Below, piece by piece: positions 1-13,648 of a stretch of 64,000 nucleotides of DNA. Under the pieces are notes generated by a model. That model was not told where the DNA came from and made no database searches. It saw only the letters and a program-made list of their open reading frames with translations. This stretch comes from Selaginella moellendorffii (Eukaryota > Plantae > Lycopodiophyta), in contig NW_003314286.1 in NCBI RefSeq assembly GCF_000143415.4, positions 903,643 to 967,642 of the forward strand, in the 5' to 3' direction. How positions within the stretch are numbered: the stretch's first letter is position 1; each line of letters starts with the position of its first letter. A program made the position numbers and the translations under genes.

Positions 1-3000
1 ACTTTGTTGGGAGTTCCACTCCCACTCTTGACCTTTTCAAGTCAGAGTTTTTAGTCCAAACGTGATACGCTCGTCTGGCTTTCACTTCGGCCACTACCAC
101 GTGGCACCCTTTCGGCTCCACTTTGGGGCCTAGGGATTTTGTGTCTCACAACTCCACCACCCATAGACGAAGTTCGATGTCCTCATCGAATGGTAAACCC
201 TTTTATACAGTAACACTCACAGGTATTACCATTTCCATCCTTGGCACCCAGCCAATATTTGTCTATGGTTTGACCCCGAAGGCTCACCATGCCTTGTCCG
301 TCCTTTAAGGGGCATAGTCTCTCCAATATAGAGACTCATTCGGCCACCTGGGGTGGTTTGCTCCCTTTTATTGGTTCAGTTCTCGCTAAACCCATTAGAG
401 ACACCTTCTCTAACTTAATTACACTACTCGTTCTTGAGTAGTCCCAGCTTCTATTGACATAACCAATTCACCTTGGAACTTTTAATTTTGACTTCTCGAA
501 ATCAATTTCTTTGGTGTCTTTGACACCCTTCATTGCACATATTGTGCAACTTCACTTCCCATCCTAGGAAGCTCCCCACTTGAGGGTGCCATCATCCTCC
601 TTTCTATTTTATGCCACTTTTGGCACCAAGTTCCAGCCATCGTAAGTTGTGCTAGAGCTATCCACGGCCCTATCCTTTGGCTATTTCACCGCTCCCTCCC
701 TTGGAGCTTTCACCTTTGCCAACTTGGAACATTTGGGAATCCATCCTTGGAAGCACACTTCCTTTCTCACAATCCATTAGCATCCAACACACTAGTGTTT
801 CATGCTTAACTTTGCCATTTGGATTCCTTCCAATGAACTCCATGGCCTACACTTGGCCACTAGTCTTTTGCTTTTATTCATTGATTGTTGCACTGAGCAA
901 CATAGGATCACTACCTCCATTCTCGAGGTATCTTTTTGGTTCCATGGCAAAGGCTCTACTTTGCTAAGTCCAGTGGGTGCTCACCCTTAGTAGGTCTCTT
1001 TAGCAATTTCTGCCCCGGGCTTCGTCCACGGCCCAACTTTGCGACCCTTCCATGGGTCTCTCCCCGAGACTACTTTCTTAGACTTAGTATACTATTGTAT
1101 TGGCACAATTGATTTCCCTTTAGGTGTCCTTCTCACTTGGTCACCTCAACCAAGTCACACCATTATCAATAGTTCAAATCAACACTTTGAACTGAGAATC
1201 ATATCCCTTAACCCAAATAAAGACTTTGTCTTTGTTTAGCCACAAGATCACTTAGTGATCTCATCTTGACCCCTTAACAGGTCTACCAATAGGAACTAGG
1301 TCTTCCAGACCCTTTTAAATTGTTGACTATGACCCCGGGGGCATCCCCCACACTTGGCGGTGCACCCAAGCCAGCCCTTCCGGCCAAGGATCCATAGCAA
1401 TTGAGACTGGGGAGATTGGTTTGGGCACACCGCCAAGTGAGGGATGCCTCGGAGTCATGATGCACGGTTAGATTGCTTAGAGTGAACGCTCGACATATCT
1501 AACTTGAACACTTTGGTGCAAAAGGCACCAAGGACGTGGTGAATGAGATGGGGACACTCACTGAGAGTTCATGACCACCGAAAAATGAGTGTCCTCATAT
1601 TCCAAACCATCACCACGCCCTAGTGATTTGGGACTCGAACCCAAGCACTAGAGGGTTGGCTCGAACCCAACCTCCGTATATGCATCTACGGATGGCATCA
1701 CATAGGATGCCTGGCGTGACTCCCCACGCCGGTGCACCAACATGTTCTTAAAGCGTGCTATAGATCACAGTTTAGGAACCTAATTCCTCCGCACTGTCAA
1801 GTCCTCTCACTTGACAAGTCTATGATCATGCATGAACTCCTCCATGCTTGGCCCCATGGGCCACCCCTTTTGAAGTTAGCACTTTCAACTAGGGGATTTG
1901 TTCCCCCCTGACTTGCTAATGTCACTTAGCAAGTCATTCGGCCACTGTAACATGGTTCATGCATAAGTGTGAAAGTCCTTAACCATCGACTTTCGTTCAA
2001 AGCCCTCTCTTTGAACACTCGGGAACTACTTCCCCAATCTTAATAGCCTCGCCTCATGGCAAGCTTCAAGACGACACTTCTGCTGCGCCACTCTAATTTT
2101 GCGCGTTCTATAAACCATTTACACTTGGCTGACTAGGTACTTATCTACCTAGGGGAATGTTCAAGGAACTCTGTTCCTTGGCTTGTTAAGGCCTCTCCTT
2201 TCGCAAGCTTGCCAATTACCATATAGTTTAACATGGACAATCCCATGCTTTAGACTCTCCATGGCATCCCGGTCGCTAGTAACAACATGCTTGAGCACCC
2301 ACTTGATTCTCCACTCCCAACTTGCATAACCACCCTTGGTCATGCCTGTCAATTCCTATGATTCGGTTCTATCCCTATACTACTTGCCTTTTGGCTTCAT
2401 ACATTTCCTTCGGTTATTCTCCTCTAGACTAGGAAGATAGCTTTGCACTTTCTACCATGCCTTAGCAAGTATTCATAGGGATGAACCTACCCGACAGCCT
2501 AGGGAGTGGTTCCTCAATCCGGGTTTGCTCACCTTGTGATCCCACACACTAGGATCACCGTTGCTACTTATAGGCCTTTATATGCCCATCACTAGCCTTG
2601 CCAAAATCCCTCTTTGGCTTTGTCCAATTTGGGTAGACAGACTTCTCCTGTCTCCACAATCTTGGACATTTGGATAACACTTCCTATCCTTCATTCGCTA
2701 GAGACTTTGTCCTTTGGGCATTATCCATTGCCTTTACAACACTAAACATCACCTTTTAGTGTTCTAGAGTGTTTGGGTGTCCCAATGATGATCTTTCTGA
2801 CAATGAGCATTCCTTTTTCGACATTGACTTACTATATTGCAATATAAGCAAGTTATCCCCCATAAGGGTATATCTAACTTTCTTATCCCAATGAGAAGTC
2901 TTAGGTAGTTGCCTTCTACCAGTTTAACGAATTATTTTGCTTAGTTGCCTCATAGTTGTCAAGTCTTACAACTCATTGTTGGTGCTTCCACACCTCCATC

Positions 3001-3787
3001 ATTATTTGGGTCACCACACTCTAACCGCATGCCTTCTAACTTAGGCTATGCCATTCCCATTTCCATTGGCATTCCTTTGGACAGGGTTCTCATGAACCCG
3101 CCAACTTGACCTCAAGGTAGCACACCTTGGCACCTTCGGTGTCTCCACACCATTGGCTCCACGAGCCTACCTTTATGACACTTCTTACTTGTGTTTAGGT
3201 ATTTTTGCCAATTATCCATTAGCATTGCACCATAGAGTTCAAGCACAACTTTGTGTCAAAGTTGTTTTCTTCCAGGAAACTCTTTCCCATAACTTTAGCA
3301 TGGCACCTTCTACCATCAATGAGATACATACTGCTCTCATGCTTGGATCTCAAGATCCTCCCCATCCTTCATGGGGCACCACACACCTCTTAGACCTTTT
3401 GGACTTTGTTAATCCGACGACCTATGAGGTCCTACTTTTGAGGTGCTAGCTCACTGGAATACAACTCCTTGTATTCATGTCCTATTCACAAGGACCATCT
3501 TTTGCAAGTGTTACTTCGACACTTGATTTGTTCTCTAGGGGCAACCTTTCGCCCCTTAAGACCACTTGTCCATATGATGAGAATGCCAACTCATCCTCTA
3601 AATACACCCCCAACTCCTTGGGTTGTTCCAGCATTTATTAGAGGTAGCTCTGGCTACCATTTCAAGGACTTGTGTCCTTTTCCGTATTTGACCTCCCGCA
3701 GTCATTACTTCTGGTCTCCCATTCATGAGCACCAACCTCAACTTCATGAGGGTAATCTTATGACTCCTTTATCGTTTTGGAGTCTAT

Positions 3788-5649
3788 TGTGAGACACAAA
3801 ATCCCTAGGCCCCAAAGTGGAGCTGGAAGGGCGCCACATGGTAGTGGCCGAAGCGAGAGCCAAACGAGCGTAACACGTTTGGACTAAAAGCTCCAACTTG
3901 AAAAGTCAAGAGCGGGAGTGGAACTCCCAACGAAGTGCTCGAGGAATGAGCACGAAACGAGCAAAAGGCGAGGCTCCAAAAAGGGACCCAAAAGGACCAA
4001 CACATGACACGTGGGAGTGTCCGAGATGGACCCGAGTTGGAGTCCGAAGTGGAGTCCGAGATGGACCCGAGTTGGAGTCCGAAGTGGAGTCTGAGATGGA
4101 CCCGAGTTGGAGTCCGAAGTGGAGTCCGAGATGGACCCGAGATGGAGTCCGAGTTGGAGTCCGAAGTGGAGTCCGAGATGGACCCGAGATGGAGTCCGAG
4201 ATGGAGTCCGAAGTGGAGTCCGAGGTGGACCCGAGATGGATCCGAGTTGGAGTCCGAAGTGGAGTCCGAGATGGACCCGAGATGGAGTCCGAGATGGAGT
4301 CCGAGATGGAGTCCGAGGTGGACCCAAGATGGACCCGAAATGGAGTCCGAGATGGAGTCCGAGATGGACCCGAGATGGAGTCCGAGATGGAGTCCGAGAT
4401 GGACCCGAGATGGACCCGAGATGGAGTCCGAGATGGAGCCCGAGATGGAGTCCGAGATGGAGTCCGAGATGGAGTCGAAGTCGAGACCGAGACCGGGACC
4501 GAGATCGAGACCGAGACCGAGACCGAGATCGGGACCGAGACTGAGATCGGGACCGAGACCGAGACCGAGGCCGAGCCCGAGACCGAGCCCGAGCCCGAGT
4601 CCGAGTCCGAATCCGAGTCCGAGTCCGAGTCCGAGTCTGAGTCCGGAGCCTGAGAGGGTGAAAGCCCAAAGCGTTCGTCTCCCAGACCCTGGGGGGTTTG
4701 GTGAGCTCCAAAAGTATAGTAGGGGGAGGACTGCAATGGAGCCAGTTTGGCCAGGAAAGGCCAGTTTGGCTCAGGAAGGCCGGACCCAGTGTTGGGTGAT
4801 GAGCTGCCCACTGGGAAGTCCAAGACTAGAGTGAACACGGACTGACAAGCGGGGTAGCTTGGTGAAGTGTTCAAGAGCCGGCTCTAGTTCCCCCGGGAGA
4901 TCGACTGGCCGATGCTCCCAGTCCAAGTGTGGGTGGCACTACCTACTTGGATACCTGGTGTGGCTCAACGGAACCTCGCTCTAAGCCCATGGCTAGAGCA
5001 CCTAAAGATGAAAGGTGGGGAGAGTACCCAGGAGGCTTGCGTAAGGCCACGGTGTTCTGAAATGGTGTCCCAAAGTCCCAGACTGTGGAAAGGAAGAGGG
5101 GTAGCCCTCCGGTGTGGTGACCAAGGACACAGTCACACAATGAGGAAGTCCTAGAGGATAGTGGGACTTAGTGGTCGGGCCGGTGGGCCTCGATCTAGTG
5201 GCAGTGTTAGCGAACACAGCCAAGGACAGAAAGGGACTTGGTGGGGACCGGAACAGAGATATTGGGGAAGGCTATTCCCCATGTCTGTAGGCATCCTAAG
5301 GATGTTAAGGAGTGGATCTGGGACAACCACTCATGGACGGATGACCCAGTCTTTGAGAGACGGGATTGGAATGTAGGTGGTGTTGGACCACCAGTGTGAC
5401 CAAGGTAAATGGGCATGGCCTTAGCGTAACGGGCCGATATGTTGGAGATACCTTGGGGTGTCGATCATGGGATCGGACATGTGGAGCACTTGGACCAAGT
5501 GCTAAGGTTGAGTGGCATGGATGCCATTCTCGGGGCTAGCAAGCCCCAAGTCCTGAGTTGGGCTTATGGAGGTTGTGAATGAGACTCCTCCAAGTGGTCG
5601 GAGGTGTGGTTAAGTGACTAAAGTAGAATGGAAAAATTAGTCGCTTACA
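3788..5649 (+). mobile_element. Solo LTR of the same family, inserted in the opposite orientation
   Basis: Starts TGTGAGACAC, ends GCTTACA, and is flanked by the perfect 5-bp TSD TCTAT (3783-3787 and 5650-5654). Reverse-complement homologous to 5982-7297 but carries an extra segment at ~5110-5575. Confidence 0.93.
4020..4650 (+). repeat. Tandem array inside the LTR: 11/12-bp CCGAGATGGAGT / CCGAGATGGAC / CCGAAGTGGAGT units grading into 6-bp CCGAGA/CCGAGT units
   Basis: Directly visible; it accounts for the low-complexity ORFs in several frames. Confidence 0.95.
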
Positions 5650-6534
5650 TCTATATCTTCCCTGTGATCCCAATTATAGTTGTTTACCACAACTACATTA
5701 GCCAGTTTGCTGAGTCAAACGCTCATCTAGATCACATCCTCAACTCAATGAGGAAAACCTTGCACTGTTCCCAAGATCCCAAAGTTGTTCTATCATTGGC
5801 CCTTTTCTATCCACCACCTTGACTACAAGTTTACACGTGAACTGTAGTGGAGAGCCATATCTTCCCGACTTGCTACTCCTCAAGGACAAGCCCACTCCTA
5901 GGACCTTCCGAGGCCAACACTAGTGGTGATATACTTCAGCACCAATAAAAGTCAGACTAAGGAACAGCTCCAATACCAAATTGTAAGCGACTAAATTTTT
6001 CCATTCTACTTTAGTCACTTAATCACACTTCTAACCCCTTGGAGGAGTCTCACTCACAAAGGGACTTCCTAGCCCGGAGGACCACTCCTCTTCCTTTCCA
6101 TAGTTTGGGCCTTCGGGACAACATTTCGGAACACCGTGGCCTTACGCAAGCCTCGTGGGTACTCTCCCTACCTTCTACCTTTGGGTGCTCTAGCCATGGG
6201 CTTAGAGCGAGGTTCCGTTGAGCCACACCTGGTATCCAAGTAGGTAGTGCCACCCACATTTGGATTGGGAGCATCAGCCAGTCGATCTCCCGGGGGAACT
6301 AGAGCCGGCTCTTGAACACTTCACCAAGCTACCCCGCTTGTCGGTCTGTATTCACTCTAGTTTTAGACTTCCCAGTGGTCAGTTCATCACCCAACACTGG
6401 GTCTGGCCTTCCTAGGCCAAACTGGCCTTTCTTGGCCAAACTGGCTCCACTGCAGTCCTCCCCCTACTATACTTTTGGAGCTCACCAAACCCCCCAAGGT
6501 CTAGGAGACGAACGCTTTAGGCTTTCACCCTCTT

Positions 6535-7065
6535 AGACTCGAACTCGAACTTGGACTCAGACTCGGACTCAGACTTGGACTCAGATTCGGGCTCAGTCTC
6601 GGCCTCGGCCTCGGCCTCGGTCTCGGTCTCGATCCCAATCTCGGTCTCGGTCTCGGTCCCGGTCTAGCTTCCGATCTCAGTCTCGACTTCGGACTCCATC
6701 TCGGACTCCATCTCGGGTCCATCTCGGACTCCATCTCGAACTCCATCTCGGGTCCATCTCGGACTCCACCTCGGGTCCATCTCAGACTCCATCTCGGGTC
6801 CATCTCGGACTCCATCTCGGACTCCATCTCGAGTCCATTTCGGGTCCATCTCGGACTCCATCTTGGGTCCGTCTTGGACTCAATCTCGGATCTATCTCGG
6901 GTCCACCTCGGACTCCACCTCAGACTCCATCTCGGACTCCATCTCGGACTCCATCTCGGGTCCATCTCGGGTCCTCCTCGGACTCCACCTCAGACTCCAT
7001 CTCAGGGTCCTTCTCGGACTCCACTTCGGACTCCAACTTGGGTCCATCTCAGGTCCAACTCGGAC
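6535..7065 (-). repeat. Same tandem array in the 5' LTR (reverse complement, more diverged)
   Basis: GGACTCCATCTC / GGGTCCATCTC units with scattered transitions. Confidence 0.92.
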
Positions 7066-7549
7066 ACTTCCACGTGTCATATGTTAGTCCTTTTAGGTCC
7101 CTTTTTGGAGCCTCGCTTATTGCTCGCTTCGTGCTCATTCTTTGAGCACTTTGTTGGGAGTTCCACTCCCACTCTTGACCTTTTCAAGTCAGAGCTTTTA
7201 GTCTAAATGTGTTACGCTCGTTTAGCTTTTGCTTCGGCCACTACCACGTAGCACCCTTTCGGCTCCACTTTGGGGCCTAGGGATTTTGTGTCTCACAGTG
7301 AGGGTTCTTGTCAAGCCAATGCAAGACAGAGTAAAAGAGAACTAACAAGATAAGCCAAGTATGTTTGGCTAAATAGACACTTAGGAATTCCTTCTTTATG
7401 CTCATTCGGCCAAGTGCAAATGCAAAGTTCAGTTTACCAACACTTGAACAAGAGGAGGATCTAGCAATACCAACCTCCTGCTGCCATGGCAATAATGAAA
7501 GAATATTCAAAAGGACTAGCTAACAAGTAACTTTTGATACCCGAAGTTA

Positions 7550-7876
7550 TATTCGTGACAAGTGACCACTCATAAACATGGGGTATGAATGGTCTTGGAC
7601 TATCAATGAGAGAAAGGTGAAAGGACAAACTTTAGTGTAATGGGCTAATATGTTAATGGTACTTTTAGGTGTTTATGTTAGGATTAAACACATGGAGCAG
7701 TTGAAAAAAATGTAAAGGTAGAGTGGTATAAAGGCCATTCACAAGGTTATTAAGTCCCTAAGTCAAGAATAGAACTTATAGAAGTTATAAGTAAGACTTC
7801 TCCAAGTGGTTGAAGATGTGGTTAAATAATTAAAGTATAGTGGAAAAATTAATCATTTACTATGTGGTATTAGAGC
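7550..7876 (+). mobile_element. Old decayed fragment of the same LTR (3' part plus PBS)
   Basis: 7790-7860 aligns by eye with 5575-5649 (..CTCCAAGTGG..TGTGGTTAA..GGAAAAATTA..); followed by TGGTATTAGAGC at 7865-7876. Confidence 0.7.
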
Positions 7877-9797
7877 AAATGACGTAGGTTTGATTCCCAT
7901 TGATTAGTTGGTATTTAAAAATAATATACTCTTGAGTAAGATATATTTTTACTCCTAAAATTAAAATCGTACATATTAGGCATCTATGACTACATCTTTT
8001 GTTTTGCAGGGCATCTATGGATGAAATTGTGGTATGAGTGGATGACTAGTTGTATCACATGGAATGGAAAAGAGAAAAACAATTTCCTTTTTTCTAGTTA
8101 AATTAAAGGGAAAGAGATAGAATGTGTTAATATTTACAAAAATTTAAGAAGCATGTAATCATTCTCACTTTAAAGGATCACATGCTAGAGTATTTCTTGT
8201 GATGGTGGAATGGTGGAGACTCATGCTAGCAACAGTACAAACTACACTATATCATCCTCAAAACAAAAGAAAGCTATTGAAACTAAAGGAGTAGCAAAAG
8301 GTAGGGCTTTTGTGTTTCAGTGTAGTTGGGTGAGAAAGGGATCCACTAGAGATAGTGCCCTTCAGTGTTGATCCTAAGGTTTGTGCAAAGGGGAGATGTA
8401 GATTTGGATATGGTATGGTACAGAAAAGGAGATTGTAACTGCTTCTATTATAGGTTTAGGCTTGCATGTATGATGAGGGAGAGTTTTGTTAAATAATTCC
8501 ATTGGAGGAGACATGCCCATTTTTTGTATTAGTCCTTTAAGGAATATATATACATGTTTCACCAAAACAAGACTAACATATAAAGCATGATAGTGAGGTT
8601 GTCTAGGCAAACACAGTAAGCTATCACTTAGTAAATATTAAGAGACTAAATTCAATATTGTAGGAGTTTCTAACATTAGTGCAAGCTAACAAATTAGCTT
8701 CTCTAATTAGTTCAAATATGTTTAACTAATAGCACTTAAGAATTTTATCCTTATACTCTTTTGGTCAAGTGTACACTTGAAAATTAATTTATTTAACTAG
8801 CTTAGGCAAAGATTAATAAAGTAACACTAACCTCCTACCATCATGGTAATAAGGCAAGAATATCTGAAAAAACTCATTACATTTGGTTTGATGCAAATTT
8901 TTTTGGATTTTTAGAGTATAAATGTTGAATTAGTAGAAGGTGGAGAATATAATATATCATGTTAGTCTTCTCAATGCTCTACACCATTGGATAAAGATTC
9001 AAGATTTACACTATATGCTTGAGAAAACCTCATATCCTTCTAAAGTGCTATGTAGCATGTTACTTAAAATCATAATTATCCACTATTATATATATGTTAA
9101 ATGTATTCTTATAATTCTACCACTCCCTTCCATCAAATCCACTATACTCTAACACAATTTAGAAATCCATACAATCTCTAGAAACATTCTTCACTACTTA
9201 TGTTATGTCTCATCACTAACAGCTTAATAAATGATAGAGATATCATTCTACATAAACTTCAAAACTTGATACAAGCAGTGATAACATCAAAACTTTTAAT
9301 TGCTAGAGGTAGCCACTTGCCATGGAATTGTTATATCCAATAATGTTATAAAGATCAAGATTTTGAAGTTATAAAGATCAAACATTGACAAAGACTTTAT
9401 AAATTTTTATTCTACTGAATTTAGATTTCATTTCAACCCTTAAAACAATTTCAAAAAAAGATGCCACAAATGCAAGCTTAATTCCTTGATATACTACCTT
9501 CAAGAGTTTTAATGGAGTTTTACTAGCTAAAAATCCACTGAAAAATATGTTAAAATCCTAAGTGAAAATAAAATTTTCTGCTTTAAAAATACTAATAATA
9601 ATAATATATAAAATCATTTTATTGGCAGTTTGGTGAGAGAAGTATTAAGCTAAGTACCTTGTTTTGTCAAAACTGCCAACTTTTCCTATTTTTGTGGCAA
9701 AATAATTTCTTGCACATCGAAGAAAAAAAGATAGCTTAACGTTTACAATTTTTTGCTGTGTTGGTTTAAGCTACACAAATGGTGTTTCTTCGTTAGT

Positions 9798-12143
9798 CTA
9801 CCGGGAGTGATCCACAGTGACTCCAGCCGTGTAAGAGTTAACCTCCTCATAGAGGGCCGTGTGGATTTCCATGCACTTCTCCGTGAAACTCTGGAGCTCC
9901 TGGAAGAGAGGAGGGAGACTGCTTTGGAGTCCACACAGCGTGAACGACCTCGTGTCCTGGATCGCTCCCCGGAACCGCTGCTTCTCAATCTCCACTCTCT
10001 CCCCGAGCTTGTCCACCGAGCTCTTCTTCTTCCCCACGCTGCCATCCATCTGCTGCTTCTTCTCCAAGCTCTTGAGCGATATCATCTTCTTGCTGAGCTC
10101 CTTGGACAGCGCCTCGGTCCGGCGCTGGAGTCGGATCTCCTCCGCCTGCTTCGTCCCAATCTCGCGCAGCGTCTCCGACAGCTGCTTCATCCTGCTGCTC
10201 ACCGCCTGGAGCGGCAGCTTCTCCAGCGCCTCGGCCCACTTATCGCTCATGTGTCGGATCTTTGGCACCACCGCCGCCTTCTTCCCGGACTTCTTCGGAT
10301 TTGAGTCCGGCGGCAGGCTCGACTTGATCCAGCCGCTGAGGCTCCGCACGTAGTCCTTTTGCGTGGCGATGAAGCTGCCCAGGCCCGTCTGCCAGGCCGT
10401 GAGCGCCAGCTCCAGCTGCGCGGTGGTGTTCCGGTGAGACACGCTGATCGCTTCCAGGGACGACTCCCGCGGGAGTTTGAGGTGCATGACAACGCGAAGT
10501 TGCTGCTGGTGACACTCGTGCATGTTCTTCCACATGACGGCAAGCCTGTGACGGAATCCAAACAAGTCGACGTGAAGAAAGAAAAACTAAAAGCAAGTAC
10601 CCTTCCAAGAGCTCCAAAAGTTGCGGAAGCATTTCTTCGTCCGTGATCTTCTGGATATTGGCCGACGAAGCTTCCATCGCGTGGACCGCCACAGTTATCT
10701 CAGTCTCCAAGGCCTTCATACTCGCTCTCGTCTTGTCTATGACGTCGGGCTTCGCCCCTCTAGCGTCCAAGTTGCGAAGAAGCCTGCGCTTTCGTTCCAG
10801 CTCCGTATTGACAGTCTCCCAGGCCTGAGAAGAAGAAAAGCACAGAGAATAAGAGCTTAGTTCCAGATCGAAGAAACCGGAAGTAGAAGCACTACCTTGA
10901 CCTCTTCATACAATTTCTTCTCCCATGCGTAAAGTCGATCCAAAGTTCCAGCGTGACTCCCGGACATGCCACCAGCCTCAATGTCAAATCCACTGGGCGA
11001 GCTCAGAGATCTCGGCGACCAATGCCCGAGCGAAAGAGCGCTCAGCAACCGGGAAGAATGATCCGAGAAGCCTGCGGACGATCATCAGCCTGTTCTTCCA
11101 TGAAACCATAGTTCCTTACCTTTCTCGAGCTGGACTTTGCCCGCCTCCAGCATTCTCACCACTGGCTTTCCAGCCTCGGAAGCCCGGAGAAACTGTTCTT
11201 CCAGCTCCCGGAGCACATCCACAAGCTCCACTGGAGCTGGCGTCTCACTCTTCTCGGTCGATTCAATTGATTCTCCCGCGGCCGCATTCTCTTTCTCTTG
11301 CACTTCCCCGTCGCCGGCACCGCCATCACCGCCGGCGCCGCTGCTGCTGCTGGCGCCATCGCTGGAGGAACCACTGGTCGACGCGTCATCATCCTCCGGC
11401 TCGAAAATCTCCTCGATCCTGGGCGCCGCGGGAGCGCCAGCGGCATTCTTCTCCTCCTCCTCTCCTCCAGCCCTAACGCTCTTCAGCTTCACCACTTCAT
11501 CGTTACTGGACTCGAGCGCCGGAATATCCTCATCGTCCGACGGAATGTCCCTAAACCGCCTATTAAGCGGCGCCTCGGGATGGAATATGTTGAAGTACTC
11601 CCAGCTGGACGGCGCCGCTGGCGGAGGTGGCGAGGTGCGCTGGCGGCGGCGGCGCTCTTCCTCGGTGGCGCCGCCGCCACGTTCTTCCTCCCCGAATTGG
11701 GCGAAGTAATCGTTCTCGCTCGTGAAGTTCCTCCTTCTGGGCGGGGATAGCACCACTGTGACGGCCTCTGTGGGTGTGTTCCTCAGCATCATGGCTTTGA
11801 TTCTCGAGCTCCTCTCCTCGATTTCCTCCGAGGAAGAGGGAGAGAGGGAGATCGAAACAGGGGATTCCTCCTGCTCTTCCTCTGGATCCTCTTCCTTGTG
11901 GGCGGTGCTCTTGGCTGTCGGCAGTGGAATCGGGGCCTCGCGATCGCTGGATCTAAATCCCAGCTCGCTATCCGAGAATTGCTTGAAGGCCAGGGACATG
12001 GCGGCGAGCGCCTGGACATAGCGGGCGTGGGAGCAGGCGAGCGCCGTGCGAGCTACCACCGCTTGCTTGACGAAGGACTTGCGTGCCTCGCACTGCCCAA
12101 CAACGTCTTCGTTCTGGATCTTGGAGCTCACGCAGCACCCCAT
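9798..12143 (-). CDS. DUF630/DUF632 family protein (NRG2-like), multi-exon
   Basis: N-terminal MGCCVSSK..VVGQCEARKSFVKQAV (DUF630), SSWEYFNIF motif, and DUF632 motifs TLDRLYAWEKKLYEEVK and MWKNMHECHQQQ; short GT-AG introns. Confidence 0.9.
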
Positions 12144-13590
12144 TTGCGATGATCTCCCTCTCAAAGCCCTCTGTGTAGTAACGTCTGGAGCGATCCAAGA
12201 CCTGTTCTAGAGGATGCTCCAGAGCCCTTTTAGAAGAACTCCAGTTTGATCCTCGATTCTGCCGATAGTTCTAATGCTCGACAGCGAGCCCACCACTCGC
12301 CCCCAGTGTAAGGAGATGGAATCTCCACCATCGTTGTCACCATAGCCAAAAGCTTAAAGCCCTCTCACTCTCTCCCCGCGTGGATAAGCACGAAGGACTT
12401 CTCCCCAATCCAGGAAGACCAGTACGAGCGAGAAAACAAAAACAAACAAGCCAAACCGACCAAAACGATCCCAAACTAACACCACCACGAACACCACTTT
12501 CGCCCAGGATATGGAGGAATCAAGTCGAATCGATCAAACAGGCTTTCAAACAAGTTGGGAATGAAGAGGAAGAGAGAATCTAGCACGGAATAATCTACCT
12601 TTGGTTCTTGGCGCAACTTCCCCTTGGAAGAATCCTTGGTCTTCTGTGACACATTAAAGGGGAGAAGGAAATAAAAGAGAAGAAAGAAGACCTTCCTTTT
12701 TTCCCCTTTGCTTTTGGGATCCCATGTCATAATTGCGGGGCACGGACTCACACAATACATACAATAACCAGGGAATGATTCTTCCCATGCATGAATGTCT
12801 GATGAAATTTACTATGGTTTTGTTGTTTCTGGCCTATTGTTTAGTAGATTGTGATTGTCCAGGCAAACCATACAAGCTTGTTTCTTTAAGTTTTCACCAA
12901 CCAGTAAGATGGCTTGGAATTGGGTTCATTGCTAATGAGATTTGGGGACCAACTGGCGGCCAGCTTTTGCTGTGCCAAGTTAAAAAGTTGGAATTGACAA
13001 GGTAGCCTCCCCCAAATTGCCGTGGAAGAACTTTTGTAATAACCCCTATCTAGGTGCTTGACCCCAGCTTCGTACGTATGTAAGCAATAAGTGGATGCAT
13101 CATGCTCGTCCAAAGAGTGAGTGGACTGGATCAAGACAAGTAATGGTGGCCAGCTGTTAGTTTTTCTGCATTGTAATTTAGGTATTTTAATTATATAAAA
13201 TGAGCTTATGTTTAAATTATTTAATTAATACTATATATCAAAAAGTTATAAAGTAACTTATATGAAAATTGACTTTAAATTTTAAGATGAAAAATCACAC
13301 TATTTTGGGATGATAGCCATTAGAGTATAAAAATATGTCATTCAATGCAGTTAAAAACTAAATAAAAATGTAAACTAGCTGTTATAAAAAATTTGAAAGA
13401 AAGCTTAAGAATCTCACTAATAAATCTATAATAAATTAAAATAAAGAAACATTGAAATTCTATATAAATTGCATACATAAAACTAACATCTGTAAGGAAA
13501 TTTAATAGATTTTTTGAAAAAATAAACCGTTTCACTTAATCTTTTATCTCATCAGAAAACTAAAACTAACATTATTATAAAAATTAAAAT

Positions 13591-13645
<55 letters not shown>
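13591..13645. repeat. (TA)n microsatellite
   Basis: Directly visible run with one interruption. Confidence 0.95.

Positions 13646-13648
<3 letters not shown>

Larger units (their letters stand above)
1..7297 (-). mobile_element. LTR retrotransposon, degenerate and apparently non-autonomous. 5' LTR 5982-7297; 3' LTR 1-150 (runs off the window); internal region interrupted by a solo LTR
   Basis: 1-150 is near-identical to ~7148-7297, and both end in ...GTGTCTCACA (the TG start on the minus strand). A PBS-like TGGTATTGGAGC (variant of the tRNA-iMet PBS TGGTATCAGAGC) lies at 5967-5978, adjacent to the 5' LTR end. A purine-rich PPT-like GGGTGGTGGAGT lies at 151-162. No long internal ORF and no recognisable RT/integrase motif. 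Confidence 0.85.

Noticed and set aside
4020-4480. CRISPR-like repeat array
   Set aside because: Units are contiguous with no unique spacers, there are no cas genes, and the context is eukaryotic.
3884-4874. Overlapping 145-322 aa ORFs with RS/ES/SD repeats (SR-protein or adhesin-like)
   Set aside because: By-products of the stop-free tandem array inside an LTR; the same applies to 6525-7206.
8000-9600. Possible relic DNA-transposon coding sequence in an AT-rich tract (also 57150-57800)
   Set aside because: Too eroded to assign a family or ends by eye.
12733-13134. Short ORFs in the DUF632/F-box intergenic region
   Set aside because: No motif, splice structure or similarity recognised.
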